The notes under the pieces were generated by a model, which saw only the letters and a list, made by a program, of their open reading frames with translations, was not told the DNA's origin and did no database searches. A program made the translations under genes and the position numbers. Positions 19,285-27,902 of a stretch of DNA of 32,000 bases are shown one piece after another (position 1 is the stretch's first letter; each line of letters starts with the position of its first letter). The stretch is from contig NZ_RSDW01000001.1 in assembly GCF_003945235.1 (NCBI RefSeq), positions 3,840,001-3,872,000 on the forward strand, written 5' to 3'. Origin of the DNA: Edaphobacter aggregans. Lineage in GTDB: Bacteria > Acidobacteriota > Terriglobia > Terriglobales > Acidobacteriaceae.

Positions 19285-20340
19285 TCAACCCGCCTTCAAA
19301 AGGTGTAGCGAGTTGGAGTGATTTCTGCGATTGACTACCGCTGCAGCCCCGCTGGTATCGGGGTGCAGATACTTCATGGTCGTCTTGATGTCCTCGTGTC
19401 CCATGAGTTCCTTAACCTCGACTACGTTCAGGCCCTCGGCGAGCATGTCAGTGGCGAAAGTGTGACGGGCACAGTACAGTTTCAGGTCCGACGAGATCGG
19501 CTGCAGCTTTTGTTTTGCGTTCGCGAGATTGGCGGCCTTGACAGTCGCTCTCCATTGTTTGGAGATGGTCGTCAAGTGCCCGCACTTCGCCCGCCTCGAT
19601 GGGAAGATCCAAGGGCTGCCGCTAGACTCGCGCAGGCGCAGTAGATCGCGCATGCGATCACTCAATGGAACGTAGCGCTTGGATTTGAAACTCTTACCGT
19701 ACGGCACCAAGACGACGGAGCGGGCCCAAAAGATGTGCTCCTTGCGGATCCGCATGGCTTCTTCGGGGCGCATTCCAGAATCCATCATGATAATCAGGAC
19801 ATCAGTGAGCGGTTGGGAGGCGTGCTTAAGCAGCAATGCCTCGGTGGATGATTCGACCAGCGCCGTACGCCCGTGCTCCTCGAGCAGTTTGATGCGCGGT
19901 GCGGCCCGCATTATGTTCCAGTCCACCGCGATCCGCAGCATACGGTGCAGAGTGCGGAGGGCCCGGTTGGCGTTGGAGGCACTGTGGGGGAAAGTGAGGA
20001 TTGCGGCGTCGCTGGTACCGATCTGATCGATACGCATTCCTGCCACTCTCGTCCCTTCCAGCATCTTCCATCCCCCGTGATAGTAGCGTTTCGTGTCGAG
20101 GTCCAGTTGGCCCGAGACCGCCTGCGCGTCCACAAATTCAAGGAAGCGATTTGAAAAGTCCCGGAGAACTGGTGCCCGCCGCGAGTTCAAGCTGCCACCA
20201 TTGTTGCGGATATCCGCAATGCGGAGAGCCTCGAAGGTGTTGGCACGGGACTTAACCGTCTCCTTGGTGGTGCCCCGATACTTCCGACCATCGATCATGA
20301 ACTCGTAGTGCCAGTATTTACCGCGTTTAGTAATGGCCAT
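19285..20340 (-). CDS. tyrosine-type site-specific integrase
   Basis: Start at ATG 20340 (MAITKRGKYWHYEF...) with a GGAGAG RBS. The C-terminal catalytic region is YCARHTFATDMLAEGLNVVEVKELMGHEDIKTTMKYLH (R, HxxR, Y). The gene is adjacent to the tRNA 3' end. Confidence 0.92.
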   Translation of the reverse strand: MAITKRGKYWHYEFMIDGRKYRGTTKETVKSRANTFEALRIADIRNNGGSLNSRRAPVLRDFSNRFLEFVDAQAVSGQLDLDTKRYYHGGWKMLEGTRVAGMRIDQIGTSDAAILTFPHSASNANRALRTLHRMLRIAVDWNIMRAAPRIKLLEEHGRTALVESSTEALLLKHASQPLTDVLIIMMDSGMRPEEAMRIRKEHIFWARSVVLVPYGKSFKSKRYVPLSDRMRDLLRLRESSGSPWIFPSRRAKCGHLTTISKQWRATVKAANLANAKQKLQPISSDLKLYCARHTFATDMLAEGLNVVEVKELMGHEDIKTTMKYLHPDTSGAAAVVNRRNHSNSLHLLKAG

Positions 20341-20341
20341 G

Positions 20342-20551
20342 CTATCTCTCCAGTGTTGCCCGCACGGATGGAAAGCGTCGGCCAGTTTCAACATACGCAA
20401 GTATGTCAACGGCATCATACTTCACTCGAGCCTTGGGTCCGTTGCCCATCTTGATGTAGGGTGGTCCGTCGCCGACGCAACGCCACCGTCGCAGCGTCCC
20501 CATGGGGGTCGCAAGGATTTCGGAGACCTGTCTCTCTGTGAGCAGCTGCAT
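20342..20551 (-). CDS. AlpA/Xis-type helix-turn-helix DNA-binding protein (putative excisionase/regulator)
   Basis: MQLLTERQVSEILATPMGTLRRWRCVGDGPPYIKMGNGPKARVKYDAVDILAYVE is a typical HTH_17/AlpA-like excisionase fold signature. Its stop is 1 nt from the integrase ATG. The start may instead be ATG 20635. Confidence 0.75.
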   Translation of the reverse strand: MQLLTERQVSEILATPMGTLRRWRCVGDGPPYIKMGNGPKARVKYDAVDILAYVETGRRFPSVRATLER

Positions 20552-21220
20552 CTCCCGTACCTGCTGAACTCGTTTTGTGCCGAACGGCTTTCGCCCTTCT
20601 CTCCCCCTGGCGCACTTATCCTCATGTGGCATCATGTGGGGTAATACCGTCTCCAGAGCCGGGACCCTCGATATTGCCTTCAGATCGTTAGACACTAGGA
20701 CCATGGAGCAGATGGCTATCGACCACATCCTGTTCAGCGACGCATCTCCACGCAAAGGTCCACCAAGTCTTCGTCGCATCAAATGCACGGACATGGCATG
20801 GGCGCATGGTCTCGATGACGGTGCAGATTTTGCGCGATTCGCTGCTCCTCCGGGTTAGCGAGGGTCTTCGGAGTGTTCGATTCGGCCCCGGTGATATCTG
20901 GCTAACATTTGACCGTCAGTATTTTCTTCTGTGTTTGCTTCGCGTGGGACGACGGTGAAACCATGAACGGCCATTCTTGAAATGCCCGCCCTCCGCTATA
21001 TATCACGACCAGATCGATGAGATCTCGAGAGCACACACATAATCCAATATGCCTTCACTGACGACGGTCCTGACGAGTGCCCGGTGAGGCAGTGTTCGCC
21101 TCTCGGGAATGCATCGTTGACTTGCAATCAATAGAGTCGCCTCCTGGGTCGTAAGGCCGATATGAGGGCCAACTCTACCTATTGGAGAAACCATGTCTGG
21201 TCGTTAGGAGACGTCTCGCG

Positions 21221-21907
21221 CTAGCGGCTGGAGAGACCGCGCTCAATTGCAGCGAGCAGTTCATCCCGCCCCAAGGTTCCGAGCTGCAGTTCGAGCTCGT
21301 CCGCGACTGATTCAACTGCGGCCCATACCGAATCGTTGTTTAAGATTGCGATGGCCTTGGCCTCCCACAGAAGCAACTGGTGATCGCGGACCTCATTGGA
21401 AAACTCAAGGGCAGAGTGGCACATAACCCGAACCAACAACTGGTTAACACGCCAGTAGTCACCGACGCAGCCTTCATCAATGATGATGTTGGACTCTGCA
21501 CGCAGGTCGACAAGAGATTCTCCACGGATCTTAGCCTCTGCCGCCGGACCCGCAATGTACATGACGGCATACTCGCCAGCACGTACCCTAGCTTCCCGAG
21601 TCCGGAATACGAAATTGGCGGTGTGAACAAACTTTAAGACGCGCCGATCGAGCTGCGTGACATCATTATCGATGTACATCGGCCTAAAACCGAGGAGGTG
21701 GGCGACCACCGCATGTGCGGCTTCGTGGTACCGCTTAAGCTTCCAATGGTAGTTGCTCTCTTCGAGTTCCGACATCTCTTCTAACGACAAAGGGTTCGTA
21801 CCATCGACCACGGTTTCATCCCCTACCGGTTTCGACTCGGGGGATGTAACAGGTTTAGGATCGGACAGGTGGGCGTGCAGACTGACCTCTTCAAGGTTCA
21901 GTGACAT
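21221..21907 (-). CDS. stand-alone FtsH-type (peptidase M41-like) zinc metalloprotease domain protein
   Basis: 228 aa, AGGAG 9 nt upstream. YHEAAHAVVAHLLG (HExxH, cf. FtsH HEAGHA), then MYIAGPAAEAKIRGE (cf. FtsH GGRAAEE) and GCVGDYWRVNQLLVRVM (cf. FtsH GAxNDxxxATxxARxMV). No AAA+ module and no TM segment. Confidence 0.65.
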   Translation of the reverse strand: MSLNLEEVSLHAHLSDPKPVTSPESKPVGDETVVDGTNPLSLEEMSELEESNYHWKLKRYHEAAHAVVAHLLGFRPMYIDNDVTQLDRRVLKFVHTANFVFRTREARVRAGEYAVMYIAGPAAEAKIRGESLVDLRAESNIIIDEGCVGDYWRVNQLLVRVMCHSALEFSNEVRDHQLLLWEAKAIAILNNDSVWAAVESVADELELQLGTLGRDELLAAIERGLSSR

Positions 21908-22096
21908 CTCAAAGGACTCCTATTCGGTTTTGTATGCTCAGCGCCTCGAGCACATGAGGGGTAATACACCGACAGGTGTCCGAATGCGTATATCTTGGAA
22001 ACTATTTTTCGAAAGAGCGAAGCTGTCGGGACAGGTGCTCTGATGGTGCCGAATAAAGGATTTCTGGTTTGATCGTGGGTGCAGCGACCTCCGGGC

Positions 22097-23806
22097 TTAC
22101 GTTTTCTTCCAGGTCTCCCCTACTGCCGTCTCTACCTCGACGGGAACTTGGCCGCTGAGCAGTTGATCGGCGGCACGGACCATCGTATCCACGACGGCTT
22201 GTTCGACTGCCGTAGCTTGGTTCACCGGAACCTCCAACACCAGTTCATCGTGCACCGGCATCAGGAGCATGGCTGCTACGTCCTCCGGTAGCGACGCAAT
22301 CGCCAATGCAAGAATGTCCGCTCCGGTTCCCTGGTTTTGGTAATTTAATGCACGTCGAAGGTCATTCAGTATTGCAAACGGGCGGCCCGACAGGGTACTC
22401 GTCTCATAGACCTTGACGCCATGACGACCGGGATTGACCAACCTTGCTTCATATGGATTCCAGAGAACGCATGCGTTCGGAATGACCTTGCGGAACCGTT
22501 CGAAATTGGTCCACCAATGCCAGATCCGAAATTCGGGATAGAGCTCAAACCAATCGTGACGGGCTTGTGCGGCTTCCTCTAAGCTCCATGTCAGCCCGAA
22601 CGTGGCGATACCACTTCGGTGTAAGCCTCCTGCACCCATGCCATAGAGCAAGCCGAAGTTGACCGCCTTCGCTCGTTGTCGTTCTTCATGTAACTGTGCC
22701 TTCAGCTCACTCTGAGTTTGACTATCTCTTGCCGCGAGCCATTCGACCGGATTCGCTCCGCAGTCGATCCTTCCTTGGCGTCGGGCCATATCGATGCCTG
22801 TAACCATGTGGGGGTCGAGGCCACGGCGGAAGATCGATATCATCATTTGAATATCGCTGCAAAGGACGGCCTGGGATACGGCAGGTATAGCCGCTCTATA
22901 CCAATCGAGTTTTTCGGCATCAGGCTCCGGCGGACAGAGGAGCTGTTGATTAGATCGCATACCCGCTCTAGCGAGAGCCACCCACCAGTTGGTGGGTTCT
23001 TCCTGAACCCGTAGGCGAAGATCGGCCCGCTCAGCCAGAACCGCAGCTATCCGCAACTCGATCGCGGCATAGTCGGCAGAAAGGATGAGATGGCCAGCCC
23101 GAGCGCGAAAAAGGTCTCTGAATCGAGGATCGCGTGGCACGTTTTGAACTGTGGGCCAGGCGCTCGTGGTACGCCCCGTCGCCGCTGCGAAACCAATTAA
23201 TGAATGGAGTCTTCCATCGAACTTTGCCGCACGTTGGTATTGCTCCAGTAAGCGGACCCTGAACTTGTTCTCCTTTATCGCCTCCAGCATGGGGCCCGGT
23301 GGTAGATTCTCGATGTTCTGGGCATTCAACCCGTCCAGACCTGTGCTATGCGAACTAACCTGGTTCTGAGACAGAGAGATGCCGTGGGTTGCTACATGTT
23401 CGGCCAGTGCACGCTTCAGTTCCGCAGTTTCGCCGATCCGGGTGTCAGTCAGCGGTTTCCCCAGAGCGGAAAATTCAGAAAATTTCGTTAGATCTTGTAC
23501 AGACCGCTCAAGATCGTCGATGCACTTGGATCGGATCTTCAAACCCGCTTCCACATCAAACGGGACGCCTTTGCTGTGGGCTTCTGCGAGCCGAATAGCT
23601 GCCCGGCTATATGAGAAATACCAGGGAGCCTGGTGTCGGATGTAGGAGGGCATGTCCAACACGCTTGTGTCCGCTATCAAGGTCCGGAGAATCCGGATCG
23701 GCAGTTTAACTCTTTTCGCCAGGTAGGCGCGGTGGTGGGCGGAGAGAACACTGACACACCAGTTCCTATGGGCTTGATATTCCTTGTCAGGCACTCCCAG
23801 CCTCAA
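22097..23806 (-). CDS. family A DNA polymerase-like protein, polymerase domain only (no exonuclease domain)
   Basis: GRLHSLIGFAAATGRTTSAWPTVQNVP; motif A LSADYAAIELRIAAVLAE; LDPHMVTG; motif B RQRAKAVNFGLLYGMG; motif C MPVHDELVLEV. The listed start is TTG 23806; GTG 23794 or ATG 23653 are alternatives. Confidence 0.85.
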   Translation of the reverse strand: MRLGVPDKEYQAHRNWCVSVLSAHHRAYLAKRVKLPIRILRTLIADTSVLDMPSYIRHQAPWYFSYSRAAIRLAEAHSKGVPFDVEAGLKIRSKCIDDLERSVQDLTKFSEFSALGKPLTDTRIGETAELKRALAEHVATHGISLSQNQVSSHSTGLDGLNAQNIENLPPGPMLEAIKENKFRVRLLEQYQRAAKFDGRLHSLIGFAAATGRTTSAWPTVQNVPRDPRFRDLFRARAGHLILSADYAAIELRIAAVLAERADLRLRVQEEPTNWWVALARAGMRSNQQLLCPPEPDAEKLDWYRAAIPAVSQAVLCSDIQMMISIFRRGLDPHMVTGIDMARRQGRIDCGANPVEWLAARDSQTQSELKAQLHEERQRAKAVNFGLLYGMGAGGLHRSGIATFGLTWSLEEAAQARHDWFELYPEFRIWHWWTNFERFRKVIPNACVLWNPYEARLVNPGRHGVKVYETSTLSGRPFAILNDLRRALNYQNQGTGADILALAIASLPEDVAAMLLMPVHDELVLEVPVNQATAVEQAVVDTMVRAADQLLSGQVPVEVETAVGETWKKT

Positions 23807-23908
23807 CGAGAATGCGGCCCGATAAAAATCGTCTGCCTATCGACGCCCTTCATTTATGCCATTCCGCGTTCGTATTCGGACCGCCCACATGAAAAGAAGC
23901 CCACCGTA

Positions 23909-24727
23909 GTGGATCACGGTACGTTGCTTATGGTCGTTCTCGTCGCCATCGCATTGTTGATGGGACTTCGGAGCGACTGGGCCCTTCGAATCGTAACGAT
24001 TGGGGTTGGTCTTCCAACCTTTTTCGTGATGCGCAACATGATCAAGAGGTATCGTGACTGGTCGCTGAAGCTTAGTGGGTCGACGGTGCCCCGCATAGAG
24101 CTTCCATCCGGGTCTCTATTGTTCCTACGCTTCCTTGCCGACGAAGCTACTTTCGCGCTCATTACTTTCCAGTCCATTCAATATGCATTTGTCCGTATCG
24201 CGAAGGCGCAGGCACAGCTGATCGAGAACACCGGCGATATTCTGCGATATCTCGTGGGCAAGTGGAGTGGCTTCTTCTCGCTGTTTCTTATAGTGGCGGG
24301 GGGAACACTTGGCATTATCCTGCTTTATTTAGTCTCTCTGATCAGCGTGTTTGTTGGTGCGCGACATCCGGTCGATGCGGACTGGCTTGCACCGCACAAT
24401 CCATACTCCGTTGTTGTCCTTATTCCCGTCATGCTTGCGCCCGCAATCATCTTCTTTCTCATGTTGCTCACGCTGTTCCTGATGGTCCTCAACATCGTCT
24501 TATACGTCTTGATGCCACTGGCGGGCGCAAAGGTATTCGGCTGGCGCCTTGCGGCATCCTCCGTCTTCAACGAAATCACCGTTGAATCCGCTCCGCTCGG
24601 CACCTGGAGCCTGCTCACACTGTTCCCACTGCCGGGAGATGTCTGGTTGCGGCACAGCATGGGTTACGAAGATCCGAATGCCAGACAGCAAGTGGTGACA
24701 TTTATCATCGAAAATCTCAAGGCGTAG
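23909..24727 (+). CDS. polytopic membrane protein, unknown function
   Basis: Divergent from the polymerase-like gene. About 5 TM helices (LLMVVLVAIALLMGL, IVTIGVGLPTFFV, FFSLFLIVAGGTLGIILLYLVSLISVFVG, VVVLIPVMLAPAIIFFLMLLTLFLMVLNIVLYVLMPLAG) plus soluble loop and tail regions. Start is uncertain (GTG 23909 or ATG 23930, both with weak RBS); the listed 23633 start is antisense to the polymerase gene. Confidence 0.5.
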   Translation: MDHGTLLMVVLVAIALLMGLRSDWALRIVTIGVGLPTFFVMRNMIKRYRDWSLKLSGSTVPRIELPSGSLLFLRFLADEATFALITFQSIQYAFVRIAKAQAQLIENTGDILRYLVGKWSGFFSLFLIVAGGTLGIILLYLVSLISVFVGARHPVDADWLAPHNPYSVVVLIPVMLAPAIIFFLMLLTLFLMVLNIVLYVLMPLAGAKVFGWRLAASSVFNEITVESAPLGTWSLLTLFPLPGDVWLRHSMGYEDPNARQQVVTFIIENLKA

Positions 24728-25806
24728 ATGCCGAAATCAACACGGTTCCATCCTCGAATCTTCTTGGACGCCGAAAATCCTACCGGAATCGCGTACCTTT
24801 CTGAAAGGTCTTCGCGAGGTCGTTGAACGATAGGTTCACGAAGGTCCACAACTGCGCCTGTTTACTCCTGCGGATTGGGTGCTTTGTTTGTTTCCGTAAC
24901 TGCCCCGATAATGGCTCGCTGAACGATCGGGAAATCGGGTTGCCGGATGACATAGATTCAAAGATGCTTGCCAGCAAAACCCCAACTACATCTCTTTACC
25001 GAAATCGATCTTGGTTGTCAGACCCGCCAGATCTAATACCCGACTTGCACACCGCCTACTCAGCAAACTCATGAAGGTTGGAGATTTTTCCTCCGGCGGT
25101 ATAAACGATACGAATCATGCGAACAAATCGCCGCCATGGGGTTGCCCTGTTTTCGCCTGTACTCCTGATCAGTTCCCGGAGTTGATGGCCGCAGCGTTGA
25201 CATGTCAGGATATCTCTCAGTGGGCCGCAGCGTGGGATATCGCACTGGTTCGCGGAGCCCTTATTCGACAGATTTCGGTGGTCCGCAATCTGTAGGTTGG
25301 GAAACAGCAGACGTCCACGAAAGCGCCTATCGATATAGGCGGCAGAACCGGTTCGACGCGATAAAAAGGGCCGTGAAATGACGCGAACAGTAGCGAGCAG
25401 TCGGTGACTACAATTCGCTTCGCTTTTCAATAATTCGTGGCTTGTCTTCGCGAATTCTATTGACTTTCCTGAAGCTGCAGAGCAATATTCCCAGCTAAGC
25501 TATCTACTCCTCCCTCTTACAGCTTCCAGCGTCATCCCCCGGAATTTGGGCTATGGGCCACTTATCCGTTTAGAAAGTCTCGACCCTCGGTGGAAGTGCC
25601 ATGGAATATCGTCACCGTCTTATGCGGATTCCGAGAACCCCTCGAAGCAGCGAGTCCGGATGCGCCGTGCCTCGGAGGCTTCTGGGACTGATGCGCCTCA
25701 AGGAAGATGCTCCAACCAATCTCGGAACGAATCTGAGCTTATCGTATGCTCGTGGGTCGGCCCTGCAACGATTCTCCCAACAGTTCGCGAAATTGGAGGG
25801 AGAGAG

Positions 25807-27453
25807 ATGAGCGCGTTTACTTCAACAAAATATTCGTCGATACTTCTCTTTCTTATCCTGTTTGCATGCGCTTCCCAGGTTATCGCACAGGTCTATCAGA
25901 TCACTGATCTCGGCACACTGCCCAGTCAAACTAGCAGTTCTGCTGTGGGAATTAATCAGCTTGGGCAAATCGCCGGAAGTTCGGGGAATCACGCATTCCT
26001 CTACTCGAATGGAACGATGACGGACCTGGGCTTTTTGCCAGGCTCGAATCAGGCGAGCGCTTCCGCAATCAACAACAGCGGGCAAATTGTTGGAACTTAT
26101 GGCCTAACAACCTTGCAAGGTCGAACGCTGGGATTCCTCTGGGATAGCGGCGTCATTTCGGATCCCTTCAATTCCGCCGCCTACATTAATGGCCAATTTG
26201 AAACGCAAGGCTTCGAGCCGGTCGCTATAAATGACAACGGCCAGGTCGCGGTAAATCTAGCCTCGAACGGCAATTCTACTGCCTTACTCTGGCAAGTCTC
26301 CGGAAACCAAATCACGACGCTCTCCTCTGGAGGCAGCACCGCGTACGCGATCAACAATGTCCCGCAGGTATCTCTCGTCGATAGGCCGTCCTACGCATTT
26401 GGCGCGATTTGGAGTTTAAGCGGAACAACTGTCTTGCCGACCTTATATCCCCCCTTGGCAGGATATGGACCGACGCCATATGGAATCAACCAGAACGGAC
26501 AAGCCGTCGGGGAGTCTTATGCCAATAGTCAGGCGCAGATACATGCCTTCCTGTGGAGCAACGGTACGATCAGCGATCTCGGTACACTTGGGGGCGCGAA
26601 CAGCACAGCCAGGGCAATCAACAGTACAGGACAGCAGATCGTCGGAGATTCCGACCAGAATCCGAATACGGCAACTACCCAGAATCGGCGTGCATTTCTT
26701 TACGCCAACGCCAACATGTTGGACCTCAACTCGCAGGTCGCCAATATTTTGGGTTGGGAGCTGCAATCAGCTGTCGGCATCAATGACTCAGGGCAAATCG
26801 TAGGGAATGGCACCTACCTTGGTAATGCGCACGCTTTTCTCTTGACTCCTATAATTCAGGGCACCGTATCTCCAATACAGGGCGGCAATGCCGGCAATGT
26901 TACGTTGAACGTGTTTTATCCGGGAACCATGCCTACTTCAGTGGATCTGGCGTGTGCTGGAGGCACGACGATTGTGGGCGGTGTTCCGGTTCCGATAAGT
27001 TCCAACTTCGTCCAGGTGACCTTTAATCTGACCGGAGTAACTCCTGGTGCCTGCAGCGTTGTTCTCAACGAACCGGGAGGGAGTATTCTCACTACTCCCA
27101 ATGCTTTCACGGTAGTTCAGGGCGGTGCACCCGACATCCGAATCAGCGTCGCAGGATTTCCTCAACTTCGAGCGGGGTTGCCGGAGACCTACTATATCGT
27201 GGCCGAGAATGTTGGGAACGTCGATTCCGGTTCTGTTCGGATCTGGGTTTCGTTCCCAAGCTTTCTGCAATGGCAGCCAGCTGGTGTGCAGCCAAGCTCA
27301 AGTGGCGCAATGAACGGAAATACTTTTGTAGCTTTCGACATTCTTCCGAAGGCGAGTTCTAATAATCCAATTCCTTTTCTGCTGACAGCTCCCGTCAGCT
27401 CAAATTTGGTGCATAAGCCGTTTCAGATTCAGGCATGGAAGCTGGGGCAATGA
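25807..27453 (+). CDS. exported HAF-family repeat protein with C-terminal CARDB-like domain
   Basis: ATG 25807 with GGAGGG 6 nt upstream; signal peptide MSAFTSTKYSSILLFLILFACASQVIAQ. Repeated units such as AVGINQLGQIAGSSGNHAFLYSNGTMTDLGFLPGSNQASASAINNSGQIVG match the extracellular HAF repeat pattern. Confidence 0.8.
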   Translation: MSAFTSTKYSSILLFLILFACASQVIAQVYQITDLGTLPSQTSSSAVGINQLGQIAGSSGNHAFLYSNGTMTDLGFLPGSNQASASAINNSGQIVGTYGLTTLQGRTLGFLWDSGVISDPFNSAAYINGQFETQGFEPVAINDNGQVAVNLASNGNSTALLWQVSGNQITTLSSGGSTAYAINNVPQVSLVDRPSYAFGAIWSLSGTTVLPTLYPPLAGYGPTPYGINQNGQAVGESYANSQAQIHAFLWSNGTISDLGTLGGANSTARAINSTGQQIVGDSDQNPNTATTQNRRAFLYANANMLDLNSQVANILGWELQSAVGINDSGQIVGNGTYLGNAHAFLLTPIIQGTVSPIQGGNAGNVTLNVFYPGTMPTSVDLACAGGTTIVGGVPVPISSNFVQVTFNLTGVTPGACSVVLNEPGGSILTTPNAFTVVQGGAPDIRISVAGFPQLRAGLPETYYIVAENVGNVDSGSVRIWVSFPSFLQWQPAGVQPSSSGAMNGNTFVAFDILPKASSNNPIPFLLTAPVSSNLVHKPFQIQAWKLGQ

Positions 27454-27902
27454 CGATGCTTAAGACCCTCGCCCTGACATGTCGTGCTATGCAGTTTGCT
27501 TTTTTTGCCTCCTCCGTGAGCTTTTCGATGCTTGCCTATGCTCAAGATCCGAACGTCTTCACGGTCAATCAAGGCGGCGCTCCCAACATCCAGATCAGTA
27601 TTGCCGGATTCCCGCAGCTTAGGGCGGGGCTGCTTGAAACTTGCTATGTCCTGGCCGAAAATCGTGGCAACGACGACTCCGGCATCGTTCGGATTTGGGT
27701 AGCGTTTCCGGACAACCTGCAATGGCAGTCCGTAGGCGTGCAGCCCAGCTCTATCGGTGACATGAATGGAAACACGTACCTCGCCTTCGACATCAGTCCG
27801 GCACTCGGTGGCAATGTTCCAATCCCTTTCCTACTAGCTGCTCCTTTCAATTCCTATCTGGCACACAAACCCTTTCAGATTAGCGCGTGGGTAAATCAAC
27901 AA
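27100..27902 (+). repeat. tandem paralogous ~350-bp coding modules (27100-27450 and 27549-27902)
   Basis: The last 113+ aa of the HAF protein and the mature part of the next ORF align without gaps. By hand alignment, 80 of 113 residues are identical (e.g. QGGAPxIxISxAGFPQLRAGL.ET.Y..AEN.GN.DSG.VRIWV.FP..LQWQ..GVQPSS.G.MNGNT). Confidence 0.8.

Noticed and set aside
20855-20974. 39-codon minus-strand ORF (MAVHGFTVVPREANTEENTDGQMLARYHRGRIEHSEDPR) with GGAGGG ~14 nt upstream.
   Set aside because: The RBS spacing is too long, no motif is present, and it is too short to support without conservation data.
21003-21194. 63-aa minus-strand ORF downstream of the peptidase gene, a possible small HTH partner (…GLTTQEATLLIASQRCIPERRTL…).
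   Set aside because: No Shine-Dalgarno sequence and only a vague HTH resemblance. Worth re-checking only if the peptidase proves to be ImmA-like.
24581-24601. GTTGAATCCGCTCCGCTCGGC resembles the tRNA-Thr T-arm/acceptor 3' end. A second 10-mer, CATCGGCTCC, lies at 29686-29695. Both were considered as possible attR.
   Set aside because: Both lie inside well-supported CDSs, the matches are short or interrupted, and they are within chance expectation for a ~12-kb search. Neither was accepted as an attachment site.
25056-25430. 124-aa minus-strand ORF, with neighbouring 61-94 aa ORFs across 24664-25295.
   Set aside because: No RBS, and overlapping alternative frames on both strands have equal plausibility. 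No recognisable family. Treated as non-coding or decayed sequence.
25546-25806. Upstream 87 codons of the 635-aa HAF ORF.
   Set aside because: No RBS at 25546, and the encoded sequence is not signal-like. ATG 25807 has GGAGGG at ideal spacing and is followed directly by a signal peptide.
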